Below are positions 50,970-63,932 of a stretch of DNA of 64,000 bases, piece by piece. A program made the position numbers and the translations under genes. The notes under the pieces were generated by a model. That model was given only the letters and a program-made list of their open reading frames with translations, ran no database searches and had not been told where the DNA came from. The number at the start of each line of letters is the position of its first letter. Position 1 is the first letter of the stretch. This stretch comes from Xylographa opegraphella. Taxonomy: Eukaryota. The DNA lies in contig JALDZX010000005.1 in the NCBI GenBank assembly GCA_022813865.1, positions 62,001-126,000 on the forward strand. Direction: 5' to 3'.

Positions 50970-52141
50970 TCTGTAGTTATTTCAGTCCCTTGTCCTTATG
51001 GTAGAGGACTATCGTGATTTGGTGGTGCCGGTTGACCATCAGGTGAGGAAGCTGATGTTGATTGTTTACTTTGGCACCGTGTGTTGCCAAATGGGGTTAG
51101 GCCCTCGGTTAGTTCGTTTCCTCTAGGCCATAACCTAGGTTTTTATGAAACTGTTCTCGTCTTAATTCAACAAATCGTCGCTACTAGCTACAAATATAAC
51201 AGTGTGCCTCGACCCTGATACACAGGAAGAAGCGATTTTCGTGCTCAATAAAAAATCTATATACCTCAGTGGCTGCTAACAGCGAGTTTCAGAGAACAAC
51301 ATTGCGCTACATGAGTCAAATAATAACCCTGAACCCTTTGTCGTTAATTCTTCTTCAATACACAAATCGAGATAAGATGTCATAGTTCCCAAGTGTAGAT
51401 ACACGGATCCATTTCACCTTTACATACAATCGGAATCCTAAAGCCTCGAGACCGGATTTGAGCACTTGAATTTGTCGAGCACGGCAAGACAATGTATGCA
51501 TCAGAGTGTGATCACAATGCCACTGCACCATTGGACGTTGAGGCTTTCATTGCTTCTCAAGTAAATCCAGAGTCCCGATGTTTCTAAACTGTGGAAGCTG
51601 AATGCGAACTTCTTCGTAGCAGTGCTTCCCCTGAAGTATTCAACGGTGGCGAGGAGGAAGCACACTGTGAAAAGCTGAGGAGTTTTGCAATCATCACACT
51701 GTCAAAAACATTGATGGATAACAGTCGTGTCAATTCTAAGCCTGACTATGATTCTTGGAAAATCAACTGGGCTTGACACCGTGCTACATGCCAAAACCAA
51801 CGATTAGCTCGCACTCGAGCTCATTTGCCAGAAGCTCGGAATCCTCCGCCTTATATAGATAACGGACCCCAGGGAACAGTGTGGTTATCTATCACCCATG
51901 GAATCTACATTCCGTGTAGGGTATTAGCATAGTTATGGCGGCAATCGTGTCGCGAAACCTCTGCAGGATAATCTTCCCGATTTCCTTCCAAAGCAGACTC
52001 TTGCCGACGAAACCCATCATGAGACATGCGGTGGAAAATTCAATATGTAAATAAGATGCAGCGTCCTTGCTGCCTGAGTTGATAGTATCGACAAGATGGA
52101 CGTCTGTTATTCCTGTCTTTCCATCTCTACTAGGAGGGGCT

Positions 52142-54038
52142 CTAGCTGGGGTTGTCAGCCTTTACCATCACCGTCGTGTGCTTGGTAGGGACCTGATCAA
52201 AGGTCTGCAGCCCCCAAATAACACCTCCAAAATGTTTTGCCTCTTGTCTGGAAGTACGCTCCCAAAAAGAGCGGTTTTCTGCGTCGCTCCAAACTGTGCA
52301 TTTTAGTATGTCATCGTTTAGGCGATGAATTACTCCTGCCAATAGTAGCTGCACTAGCAGAGCCGCGATGACTATTGGTAGATAGAGGCTAAAGATGTCA
52401 TTCTCTTCAATATCTTTCATGTTCAGGTTGAGAACTCCGCCGTTGTAGCCGCGACTGAAATACGCCGACCAGCTCTCGCACGAATTGAACCATCCTAGAT
52501 AGGTGCTGCGTTAGTATTTATCATCTTGAGTACGTGTGGTTAAGTATCTGGAACTGTGAGTCCGGTTGAGAAAGAATTTGTGGTATAAATTATAGCATAT
52601 CCAATAGCTGTACACGGACGGCAGCAGGGGTATAGTTGCAGGTAGCAAACAGAGAATGACCGCTTGCAAGATTAGGATGAGGACGTAAATAAGCAAGCAC
52701 AAATCATGGAGGGCAAAGGCATCGACGGTGGGAGAGAATGAACCACTAACCTTGAAAGGCTGTAAACAAAACGACAAGACTTGCCACTGACCAGAAGAGA
52801 TTCCACCACGCCATCCTAAACCAGATTTGAGGACGCAAACGTTTACTAGCCGCAAGTGAAAGGAGATAATTGAGTATCCAAAGACCCGCAAAAGACAGTT
52901 CCATGATTCCTCGGTCGCCAAGTCCCACTGTAGGCGTGACCCACGACAGGAGAAAAGCCGACATAACCGGAAGCGTAACAGCCATAACCACCAAGCACAG
53001 CATCAACCAACCCCTTCCAGAGACACCACCCTTACAATGTCTCAAGCTGTAGTTCCCCCCGTTCCACGGCTTGAGAGGTTCGAGGATGATGAGGCTTTGA
53101 CTTCCATCCTGCACTCCCAGCTTCCGAAGGGCGTTGTGTCTCTCCGTCAAAAACCGATTCAGGATAGCAAGACTCGTCCATTGGTTAGCGAAGCCGCCGG
53201 TAAACGCGCTGAGGATGACGCCGAGGAAGAGCCAATAGTAGATCTGACGGAGTGCAAGAGTGTGGGGCATGTGGTACGGGAAGCTGCCGTTGAGCCTGGC
53301 ATCGATGAGGGCCTCGAAGACTTCCTTGCCGTAGATAAGGATCGCGAGAGTGGAATGAAACTTGTTATGCCTGCGGGCGTCGGCAAGATCGCGTGCGGTG
53401 AAGCTGAGGATGCCTTTCAACGCTTCGTGGTGTACATCGCGAACGGCTTTCTCTTCCAGCGGCTGGAGGAGGCTGTTCACATGGACACCGTCCTCATAGT
53501 CGTCTAGGGCAAAGCTGATAGCACTCAGATCTTCCTTCTCGTCGCGGGAGAGGATCGAAATGTTGTCACATCGTCTCACTATCCTATGGCCAATGTCCAG
53601 TTTTAGACAGAGTGACCAGAGAAAGTCGATTGGGTTTACAAGTAGATGAGAAATAACTGCGATCCAATTGCCGATATAGCCAAATTTTATTCTGCATATG
53701 TCGAATACCGGGCTAGAGATATTGGCGTACGTGACGTTGCCGAGCAGCAGAAACAGGGGAATCACCCAGGAAGATAGAGCTGAAACCACAGACCAGATGT
53801 CGTAGGTTCCATACCCGATGCCACAATATTCATAACACTGTGGAAGCGTGAGCAAGAAGGTCAAGTTTAGGGCTGGCGTTGTTTCATTCGCCGCGATAAC
53901 TCGGGCTCGGCAGTCATCGATACTGTCGAAACGCCTGCTTGAGACAGTGTCGATAAGAAGCAGTAACAAAAATAAGTGCATAAGCCGAGCATCGATAGGA
54001 ATGCGAGAGACACATGTAAGTCTTCTGAATCCCGCCAT
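52142..54038 (-). CDS. Multi-pass membrane protein of unknown function with signal peptide and Cys-containing N-terminal ectodomain
   Basis: ORF 52746..54065 spliced via intron 52750-52496 (FQG|WFNSCESW) to ORF 52142..52420; 7 or more hydrophobic segments. Start at 54038 or 53981 (MHLFLLLLL). Confidence 0.8.
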
Positions 54039-55060
54039 CGTTGACCAAGCGGTAGAATGTGCCAAAAGACAACGAAGGGAACGCCAGTGACATAATACTC
54101 ATAAGTACTCCGTCCGATATCACAGGATCAATTCTTAGATAGTAAACCAGTGGGACGTTGCCGGGCACAAGCTTTACACCTCCCGTGGCACACCATGAAT
54201 AGAGAGAGCCACTTCAGCTTTGTTGTAGACCGTCTATACTTGAGTGGCCAATCATCTACCTCGATTTAGCGCCTCAAGTTAATGCTCCCCTTTGAGCAAA
54301 ATACTCCTGCAAGGCCTGAAGGATAGTCTGGACATTGTCTTGAAATATCAACACCATAACGGAGCTGGCTATCAGTATCATTGTGCTCACCTACGGGTTC
54401 ACCAATAAGATCAAGAAAGTATAAATCTGCCTGTCTTAACAAAGGATTGCTTTTGCCGAGGCTTTTTCATAAAATAAGACCGGACCACGGTACAGAAACG
54501 CGTGGCAGCTACAGTCGAGGATCCATTGGCCGACAACTCTCATAATGCACTGAAGCAGGAGCTCATCTTTGGAGGAAGCCTGTAAGCAAGCCGCCGCAGG
54601 GCGATAACGCCCAGCTTCGGCATAAATAGCCGGTATATTTGTGACTCTCTTCAGCCTTGCTTCACTGAATTCATACCAAGATGCCCCCAAAGCTAAAGCG
54701 AGATAACAAACATGCCAGCATTTTGAGGGACCGTCACCACAGGTTACACCCTATAACAGAGCCTGGGATTGACCAATAACCATGGCAAGACCCTATCCAG
54801 CGTGGTATGCACCGCCCAAACTCATGGCTGGGAAGCCTTCCTTATCTTAAGTGACCATCGCAGGGATGAAAAGGTGTGGCACTCTGCTTATCTTGAAGAA
54901 GACGAGGCTCACAAGGACGTTGGAATGGCAAAGTCAGCCTATTTTCGGCTGGAACCAAACTTTCATGAGCTTCGTCAATCAAAGGCAAATCCAAATCCAC
55001 AGCCACCACAGCTAGCTCTATCTAAGGTAGGTACCCTGGTACCTTACCTCTTCAAGACCG

Positions 55061-55090
55061 CACTAGTCAGCACTAGTCAGCACTAGTCAG
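55061..55090. repeat. 10-bp tandem repeat CACTAGTCAG x3
   Basis: Directly visible. Confidence 0.9.
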
Positions 55091-55560
55091 CAACCGCCAC
55101 CACAGCCACAGCTGATGTCCATAGGTCGCCCTGCAACGAACCCTCTCGAGGCCTGACTCTCCTTGGACCCAAGGGAGTTTGCATCTTGTTATTTGTACCA
55201 GCTCTATAGTACCAGCTGTACAGAGATTCCGTATGGTGACTTACTCGGTTACAAAGCTCGGAGGCTAGACCCCTATTGTCTGTATAAATCCGAAAGGATG
55301 CTGGGGCTGATCGCGCTGAGTATGTTCGAACTTGCAAAGGGCGATTATACATGCGATGGCAGAGCTCTCTAAACAGTCCAATATACAGTGTCCAAGGTTC
55401 AGCAGCGAACAGCATATCTAGCTACCTAAGTTCTGCTCGAATTCCATCTTCATCGTAATACCCCGCTTTTTGTGTAACGAGATCCGATTGTTATCGATGT
55501 AGTTAGTTCTTAACAGAGCTCACATGGAGAAATTGTAATCCATCAGCCTGTATCAGCATT

Positions 55561-57123
55561 ATGGCCGTGACTATTGTCGACTCCGCAACTTCATTGCTAG
55601 CTCTCCTTGACCGTCTTGAAAACCTTCCCACTCAGCCGCCATCCTTGTACCTAGATCTGGAGGGTATCCGCCTTTCCCGAGACGGCTCCATTTCCATCTT
55701 GCAGATATACCTTCTTCCTTGTTCTCATAGTTTCTTGGTCGACGTTCATGTCTTGCAAGCTGATGCTTTCCGTATTTCGAATGGCTCTGGGACGACTCTC
55801 AAGTCGGTCCTTGAGTCCAAGTCCGTACCGAAAGTCTTCTTCGACGTTCGAAACGATGCCGATGCCCTGTTCGCTCATTATCAGGTCTCCCTAGGCGGCG
55901 TCGATGATATTCAGCTTTGGGAGGTAGCCACTCGTGCCGGTCCGCAAAAGCTACTTCGGGGGCTCGCAAAATGTATCGAGAGTGACACACAGCTTTCGGA
56001 TGATGCCAAGAAAGCTTGGGGAGCTGCGAAGAAATGTGGACACACACTATTTCTGCCGGAGAACGGTGGATCCTATGAGGTGTTCAATCTTCGGCCAATG
56101 CGGCAGGATATTATTGCTTACTGTGTAAACGACATCATTTATCTACCTATTTTGTGGACCATATATTCCCGAAAAATCTCGAAAGAGTGGGCTTCAAAAG
56201 TACAGGAAGAAACTGATACCAGGGTCATCATGTCCCAGTCTATCTCATATGATCCTCATTCAAAAAACAAAGGCTTGAGCCCGCGAGCAAGGGTTGAGAA
56301 ATCTGCTAAGCAAAATTACTTCAAGAATAGAGAGAGGACGGCAACGACGGATAGAAAGCAGAAGAACATGAGTGCTGCAGAAATATCTGCAATGAAAGCA
56401 GCGGAGAGAATGGCTGCGAAACAACCTAAGGCCACAGTAGGCCTCCTATCGTCATCAGCGAAAGCAAAGGTACCGCAGCTGTTAGACATCCAAGGAAATT
56501 CGAAAGCAAAAACCCCAATGCGTAATGTCAAAGCAATTTCGGAGTATCCATCGTCAGTCATTGGACTACCTGTCAGAAGTAAAGCTGAATTGCAGCAAGA
56601 TGGACCGGGGAGGGAGGACTCTATGATACTTCCTGCTGGGGCCTCCAACATCTGGATCTGCACTTCCTGTCACCGAGAGATGCAAGCAGGACAACAGCAG
56701 GACCACCTTCTCGGCAAAGCGCACATTGCAAATTTGGTCCACGCCCGTGGTGCGAAGTCAAAAGACCCTGTTATTGCTGCTACTTCCAAAGAGCAATATC
56801 CCCGAGCAAGCGTTGAGAACCCCAAATTTGCTCCAAAGGCCAAAGCCAAGCCCAAAACCAGATCTCAATGCACCCCCAATTCGGGACAAGCTAAAACCTC
56901 CCTCAAAGTTAGTAGAAACATTTCGTCCAAAGCATCTACATCTCAACAAGCAGGATTTGCCCACCCAGATCAGGGGTTTGTTGGATTCATTGGCAGTAGT
57001 CGGTCCTGCAGCTTCTACTATGAGGATTCCATTTCATACATGGGTGACTATGATCAGAACTACGGAGCTTGCGACAATGACTGCGGATGGTGCGGACACT
57101 GCATGGATGGGTTTGATATTTGA
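55561..57123 (+). CDS. DEDDy 3'-5' exonuclease-domain protein with C-terminal matrin-type C2H2 finger and Cys-rich tail
   Basis: Exo I YLDLEG, Exo II FFDVRNDADAL, Exo III YCVNDI; CTSC-x11-HLLGKAH; CDNDCGWCGHC; intronless. Confidence 0.88.
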   Translation: MAVTIVDSATSLLALLDRLENLPTQPPSLYLDLEGIRLSRDGSISILQIYLLPCSHSFLVDVHVLQADAFRISNGSGTTLKSVLESKSVPKVFFDVRNDADALFAHYQVSLGGVDDIQLWEVATRAGPQKLLRGLAKCIESDTQLSDDAKKAWGAAKKCGHTLFLPENGGSYEVFNLRPMRQDIIAYCVNDIIYLPILWTIYSRKISKEWASKVQEETDTRVIMSQSISYDPHSKNKGLSPRARVEKSAKQNYFKNRERTATTDRKQKNMSAAEISAMKAAERMAAKQPKATVGLLSSSAKAKVPQLLDIQGNSKAKTPMRNVKAISEYPSSVIGLPVRSKAELQQDGPGREDSMILPAGASNIWICTSCHREMQAGQQQDHLLGKAHIANLVHARGAKSKDPVIAATSKEQYPRASVENPKFAPKAKAKPKTRSQCTPNSGQAKTSLKVSRNISSKASTSQQAGFAHPDQGFVGFIGSSRSCSFYYEDSISYMGDYDQNYGACDNDCGWCGHCMDGFDI

Positions 57124-57679
57124 AACTGAATTTCGGTACGGCCGCCGGTGACGGCTCTTGTCCCAGATCAGGATGTCCGACCGGTACGGTCACATCCATG
57201 ACGGTAGTCCCTGTGGTCATGGGAAAAGCAGAGTGGTGGCTCTTAGATGGGCTGTCGGTGATGCATTTGAAATCAGACGTCGACGTAGTCGTAGGCCGAG
57301 TATGGTTAGGAGCCTGATATCAGAGGCTATGGCTAGTGACATTCCTTAGCACCTCGCATGTTCAATATCTTCTGTAGCCGGTAGCTAGGTCCTTGAAAAG
57401 ATAGTTTCTCCGCAATCACATATGCTCCCATCAAGGGGCCGGCTGTGGGGTATGCGAAGGCTAAAAGGCATTTGTTGCAATGCTGAGGTGTGGGGGCTAA
57501 GATAGGTAGTGGATCGGGAATTGCTTGATGATGTGAATTGATGATTGCACGACTTTAGGAGCATGTACATAATATACGTACGCGCTTAACGGCGCCTAAA
57601 GTCGAGTCTCCTCCGTCATGCCAAGACCTCCTCCCCCAATCCCCGCCCTCTCGTCGCACCACCCTCCTCCACCACACGA

Positions 57680-58588
57680 ATGGGTTCCCAGGCCCCCGAC
57701 TCGGACCTCCCGCCCATCCACGTCCTCGTTACCGGCTTCGGCGTACGTCCCCTCTCATCCCCTTCCCCCTCAAACATCCACTAACCCCTCCCCCAACCCG
57801 CAGCCCTTCCGCGACACGCCCCTCAACCCCTCCTTCCTCATCGCCCGAGCCCTTCCCCTTACGCTCTCCACACCCGCGAACCGCCCCATACACATCCACG
57901 CCCACCCGACTGCTATCCCGGTCTCGTATGCTGTTGTGCGGGACCTGCTCCCCACGCTGCTCTTCCCCGGCTCCGGAACGCCGAAGCTCCCATTCTCGAG
58001 GCCCCCACAGCCGAACTTCGATCTCACGCTGCTGATCGGTGTCGCGCCGGGACGGAGCGACTATTCACTCGAGACGCAGGCACGCCGCGATGGGTATGGT
58101 AAAGAGGATGTGACGGGCGAGACGTGGGAGGAGGATGCCTTGTGGGCGAGCGGATATGCGGCGCCGGAGGTGCTGGAGACGGGGGTGCAAAGGGGGCCGG
58201 TGTGGAGAAGGTGGAAGGAGGGCTTGCCGGTGGGTGGATAAGATGGCTTGTGGAATTGTAGTCGTGAGAGGAGGTAAAGCTGATCTTGATGTGGGGGCAG
58301 GATCTCCCGTTGCGGCTGTCGACGGATGCGGGGCATTACCTCTGCGAGTTTATATACTATACCGGGCTCTTGGAGTATTGGCGGCGGGACCGGAAGGGGG
58401 AGATGCCGGTGCTATTTTTGCATGTGCCGAAAGGGGTGGAGGTGGAGGATGTGGATCGCGGGAGGAGGGTCGCGGAGGGGTTGATCCAGGCCGTGGTAGG
58501 GACTTGGGAGGAGGGAAGTAAGAATAAAGAGAAGGGGATAGGGAAAGAGCATGTGGAGGACGCAGATCAAGGGTGGGCAGGGAGCTAG
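57680..58588 (+). CDS. Pyroglutamyl peptidase I (peptidase C15)
   Basis: VLVTGFG|PF...NPS, YSLE (Glu), DAGHYLCEFIYY (Cys), FLHVP (His); introns 57743-57803 and 58230-58300. Confidence 0.92.
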
Positions 58589-59261
58589 TAATGAGGACGA
58601 TCAGGTAGGATTGGAGGAAGTACGAGGTTGGATCGAAATGATTTTTGTGCGAGTATCGGAGAGGAACTGATGAAGCTGGTCACTAAACGTGAGCTGTTTT
58701 GAAAATGTGCATATGTGAGAGAGAAGTGTTTTCTATCACACAACATACGATTGTCATATATCGGAAGATATCTATAGCATATAGTGCAGCAGTCATCCTT
58801 CGATCCACTTGGTTGACTGGAACGAGTATCACGAAGTCTATCAATTGTAATGAGATCTCATAGTTGAGACGGCGGCGGAGGAGGGCATGACTGCTGCTAT
58901 AAATAGTTGGACGATTGTATAATATATGTGATCCTGCTCGTTTTCCTCGATTATGGATATGTATCCCGTAGTTTTTATACAATAGATGCCAAATAATTGT
59001 GAATAATCTTTCCATTCTGTTGTGCTCAGGTTTGGCCTTTGAAGATTGCCTTTGTCACCTGAACCAGAAGGTTCTTATGTCAATATTCCTAAAGTTCCGG
59101 CGTGCTTCTATTGTGGAATGCCTCGCGGGCACAGGGCTCAATAGTCCTGGCACTTTATTCCATTGAAAGAGACCGGAGGCCAATATCGGTTTGAGTATGA
59201 GGTGACGCCGTTGGAGTCTAGAACCGCAAGCGTGTTGTCATTTCAGAAGTCGCTTGCGGCA

Positions 59262-62200
59262 TCAGATCACTTTCGATCGTTCAGCAAGAGCTTTTCTTGC
59301 TGAGGTGCACCAATTGAGCCAGTCGGAGAAAAAAGATGTTCGTAGATGACAGTCGGATTCGGTCAAGAATATCAACTGCGTTGCAGCATATTGACTCACA
59401 ACGTCAGAGAGATCACCCCCATTGGAAATATAAATCTTAGTTAGCAACAGACTCGCTTGACTGCAGGCGTTGGCATGCGCATTTGATCCTTCTTCCATTG
59501 CTTCCTTATGTACAGCTTGAAGGAGTGATTTGACTTTTTCGGGTGGAACAGAGCCATTCAGTTGATCTTTCAGCTTATAGAGTTTCAAATAATCTCTGAC
59601 TAAATTGCACGCTTTTTCAGAGATCTGCTTGTTGGAGGTCGCTCGGACAAGCTTGATTATCGGTAGGACAATTGAAAGTGCTTGGTGATTCAGATATTGT
59701 TGTTTAATGTATATCTCAAGCAGTTCCAGCACACGAGACTTGAAGAGAACCATAGTCTCCTTTGCCTCTTTCTTCTCATTCTTCTTACTCGTGAGTTTCT
59801 TACGTTCTCTGAAGACGGTTTCAAGCTGCTCATCTAGAGCTTCCATTTGCTCATCGTCCATATTTTCGTCAGAGGAATCTTCCTCCTTTGCGGCGAGGTC
59901 TTCGTCCAGCCGTCTGGTGCCAAGAGCTTGTGCCAATTTAGCATCAAACTCAGCCAGTTCATCATCTGCAGCGTCAGAGTTGTCATCTTGAAGTTGACCA
60001 TCAACAGTAGATGCCGCATCCGACATATTTGGCGATTGTGCTATTTCCGCAGGAGATGCTCCGCCATCGATCTCTTCCACATCAGACATGACGACATCGG
60101 AGTCGCCAGCTGAATCTTCTTGCTCGAAGATCGCTTGCTGCCCTGAAAGTGTTTCTTTTGTCTCGAGCACCTAAAGAGCTTAACGACGATCAAGGAAATT
60201 TGTAGGAAAGTACGCTCACCATAATAATTGATTGCAAGCCGTTGGCATTGACAACAGAAGTGCAGACAGAAAAGACCTGTTGCGCTAGGCGTTTGAACAG
60301 AAGGGAAGGCTTCGATATGAGACTGAGAACTATCTCAACCAAGGTCTCCGATGCCTTGCCAAAATCGATTAGAGATTTGGAAGCAAACAAAGCCTGGATA
60401 CAGCTCTGTAGTTCGTCAATGATGCTGACAGCATCCGCATCCCCATTGTACACTTGTAAAATGGTAAGTGTGTAAAGAAGCTTGAAAGCCCGCAGATAAT
60501 CTATTTTAGCGGAATCTGCTGATTGCTCATCCTTGTGAAGCTTGTCTACGGTCTTCCATCCCTTCCTTATCATTCTGGCAACATCGCTGCCTTCATCAAG
60601 TGACATCAAGGGTGTGTAGATATCTTTCTGAGTCTCGTATGTTCGGATGGTATTCACTACTTCGTATGGATAATACGCCGAATTGTCCAATTTGACAATC
60701 AAATGCGACAGACAGGACATCAACCTGGACTTGAACATATCTCGAGAGACGCAAGATACTGGTGTTACTGGCGTTCTGAACACATCATTGACATCTGTAA
60801 TAACTTCGAAATATGCATGTTTGAGAAAGATTGTTGTGATAGCGGACATACAACGGTGATACTCTGTCATGGCAGGGTCTCCTTCTCCAGGCGACGAGGT
60901 AGACCGTACCAGAGAGACAAGATAATCGGAGATCAGTTGCCTTGTAGCCGAAGTACCTCTGTCATCCCGAGCATCGGGACGATCAATCAATTGGCAAAAT
61001 ATAGAGATGATGTCTCCTAGAGACTCTACATTGGCCTGGCTCAGAAGCTTTTCAATGGTCTTAGTCTTCGTAATGTGGTCGAAATTGGCGTGGCCCTGAG
61101 CTATGAGTTTTCCAATGACCACCGAAGCGAGTTGCTGATCGTGGTCAATACGCGAATGGATTGTTCGAAGAGTTTTCTCCGCGATTCGGTGAAGATATCT
61201 TTCCGCGGAAGCAAGTTGATTAATCATACATCTTAAGAAGTTTGGACCGAGAATTTCTCCAAACGAAGCGATAGGTAGAATCTGAACATGTTTTTGAAAT
61301 AGTAGGAATCCCCAGTACTTCCTCTCATCGGATGATGCTGCTGCAAACAAACCATCTTGCCTATGTCAGATATTTAAGAGTCGGCCGGGAAGAAGGGATT
61401 CTTACTGTCCACAGCTTCAATCCACAGGTCAGAGAAAGCCAGCTGTTTCGGATGATCCTTGAGCAGCGCCTGAAATACAATATCCCAGCTGAAGTGCAGT
61501 CTTGACGTCCACGTGCCTCTCTGGGAGGTCTTCTTCGCCTTGCCGTCGGTGTCATGGTTGGTGGAGGTCTCCTTCAAGATACGTGCTAAGGACGCCTTTT
61601 CTTTTCGATGCAGAGGATTCCCGTGGTGCCATACGTGCTTGGGATATTTGCTGTCAGGGTAAGCCTGTTGTGCAGTAATCCATAAGCCTACTCCTTCTGG
61701 AGTTTTTGTGAGGCCAGCGGAGTCGAGTCTCTGGAAGAGGACCTCGACATATGTAGAGTTAATAGTATGCGAATCCTTGAGCGCAGCACACAAAACCCAC
61801 CCACATTCTTCCCGTAACCATGACTTCTTCTTTGCAAGATCAAAGATTAGATCAAGCACACGCTTCCAATGAGCAAGAGAAGGCTCTGGCAAGGAAAGAA
61901 TGCCGGATTTAATTATGGCCTCAGAACCAAACAGTCGCCCTAAATAGTGATCACGCTCTTCCTAAGCACACATGAGCTCTTGAAAACTTCCAATATTGAC
62001 AGGTAGCATTACTTGACCGGAGACACCCGCTGAAGCGCGGGTTTGCTCTTCTAGTACGTTGATAACAGCAGCCACTTCTAAGACCGGCCTGGCTATCTGG
62101 TCTGAAATGCAATGCTCTCGTAGGAATTCAGTGAGTGCTACGGAAAACCCTAGTCTGGCTGCTTTACGGCTACTTGAAAGACCGCGGAGTAGTCGCTTCA

Positions 62201-62369
62201 GTATTTTTTGAAGCGCCTCCAGACTTGGACTCTTCTCCGAGGAGACTTTTGTAAGCAGGGCGTGCGCAGCTTTCAGACGAATTTCCTCATTTTCATTTGC
62301 GAGATCCTCATAAATCTCGACGATCTGAGCATCCACACTAATTGGCTCTCTACGGCGCTTTAGCGACAT
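59262..62369 (-). CDS. pol5: DNA polymerase phi / Pol5 (MYBBP1A-like nucleolar protein)
   Basis: IYEDLANENEEIRLKAA, RLLRGLSSSRKAARLGF, EERDHYLGRLFG, KKSWLREECGW, SDERKYWGF and FKSRVLELLEIY; three introns. Confidence 0.94.
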
Positions 62370-63932
62370 GTTGCCTTTGCCTGTCAAGCTTCCGTGATGT
62401 TTGATATTTGGAAATGGAATTTCTGCTTTGCCAAGCATATAGGAAGTTCGCGCTAGGACTAGGACCTTACCTGCCCACCAATCGGATGTCGAATGGAAAA
62501 GGATAATCGCGCGATGCGAATAATGGTCGCGCTTATTTAGACAAAACAACGATTAAACCGTCCTGTGCGATCGTGCATCGAATGTAGTATAGAGTATCTC
62601 AACGGTCTCGATTACAAAGATCCTATCATATCTCCAAAATGATTGTGTCAGGAGACTTGTGGCTCGCAGTCTTCAAAAGCTTTCAATCATATCTTCCAGA
62701 ATATCAGCCTTCTACCCGGCCTCATCCACGTGATATTTCGTACTCGATTTCATAACGCTCATTGTGGATAAAGTCTACGTGAATATAGGTTTTCGGGGCA
62801 CAGACGCCCAGGTACTTTCAAGTGCTAGGCCTCGTCCCTACGTCCTTCCGCTCGTCTGAAGAAACGAAGGACCAAACCCAAGAAGCGATTTCGCAAACAA
62901 TAGTCTCTGTGCTCATCCCACCCATCTACGATTCACTAGCACCAGGCAGTACTCTGAATTATCCTTATCAATGCGAACAATGCTGTGAACTCTGTCCGAA
63001 TGACTTCACGCCCAACAATGTGACAACGCACGTTTGCGATATACTGACAATGCCGGAACACTTGTTCTCCCATTTCTTATGCATTCATCTAGCAGCTTGT
63101 GACAAGCACAAGCCTCCATAATCCTAGCTATGCAGAGCTGCAGTCCCACCCCCGCCAGTACCGTCGTCCCATCCCGAGGTGGGTAACCTGCTGTCAGCGA
63201 ATGTAATGGCCGAGGAAGATCTATGAGTGTTGGTCGACGTTATGAAAGGTAGGTGAGGGGTGCGATGGTCGTGCTAGGGGAGAAGCAACCGTGTCGTAAA
63301 GCCTTGCAGGAAGTGGCAGCAATGACAGAAAAGACAGAATCTCTGTGATAAGTGGAGAGTCTGATGAAGATTACACAACGTTTGATTGCGTTCACTCCAG
63401 GATATGTTCAGGAGCTAAGGCCTCTCGGATCCGAAGAACACAAGCTCCGCAAATGCATTTGGGAATGAGTCTCGAGATGGAGAGGAAATGTGCGGGGCAA
63501 ACGGACACAATGAACGAAAGGAGCATTATTGCATGAAGCATATCTTCCTCCACAAAGTGGCAGTCAATCACAATTCAGAGTCACAGAACCGACAAACAAT
63601 TGTTACGGAGAGAAATCATTCAACTTACCAAAATAGACAAAGGTGGGATACATGCATTGAGGCGCACTACCTTCAATATATACCCGCAAGCGAGCCTATG
63701 AATACTTACCGGTGAGCAAGAGCGCCTGCCTTTCGCTGACGGCCATGCGCAGTCAAGACCAATGGCTGGTTACCGGGGTGTGGAGAATCCACGGGCCCCT
63801 TGGGCGTAGATATAGACTAGACCGAAAGGAGCTAGCGTTCATGTCTGATGAGCTTTGATTGGAACATTTTTTGCCACATTGGGAGATCGACGATCCTCCG
63901 AGTTCGTGCATGCGATCAATGATCTAGCTTTG

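Noticed and set aside
7649..62369. Apparent cluster of RNA-processing genes (UTP20, CWF19L1, RBM42, LSM12, POL5)
   Set aside because: They are interspersed with unrelated genes and such functions are common, so there is no evidence of a functional cluster.
62560..63720. Short Cys/His-containing ORF fragments upstream of POL5
   Set aside because: Possibly a decayed gene, but too fragmentary to support a call.
63820..63860. GAAA and CTGATGA hammerhead core words
   Set aside because: Stem II cannot form beyond one pair, and the 17-nt spacer is too short for stems I and III.
63702..63875. ATACTTACC followed by an Sm-like ATTTTTTG (U1 snRNA-like)
   Set aside because: Lacks the U1 loop I (GATCA.GAAG) and loop II (ATTGCAC) motifs; more likely a reverse-strand splice donor or chance.
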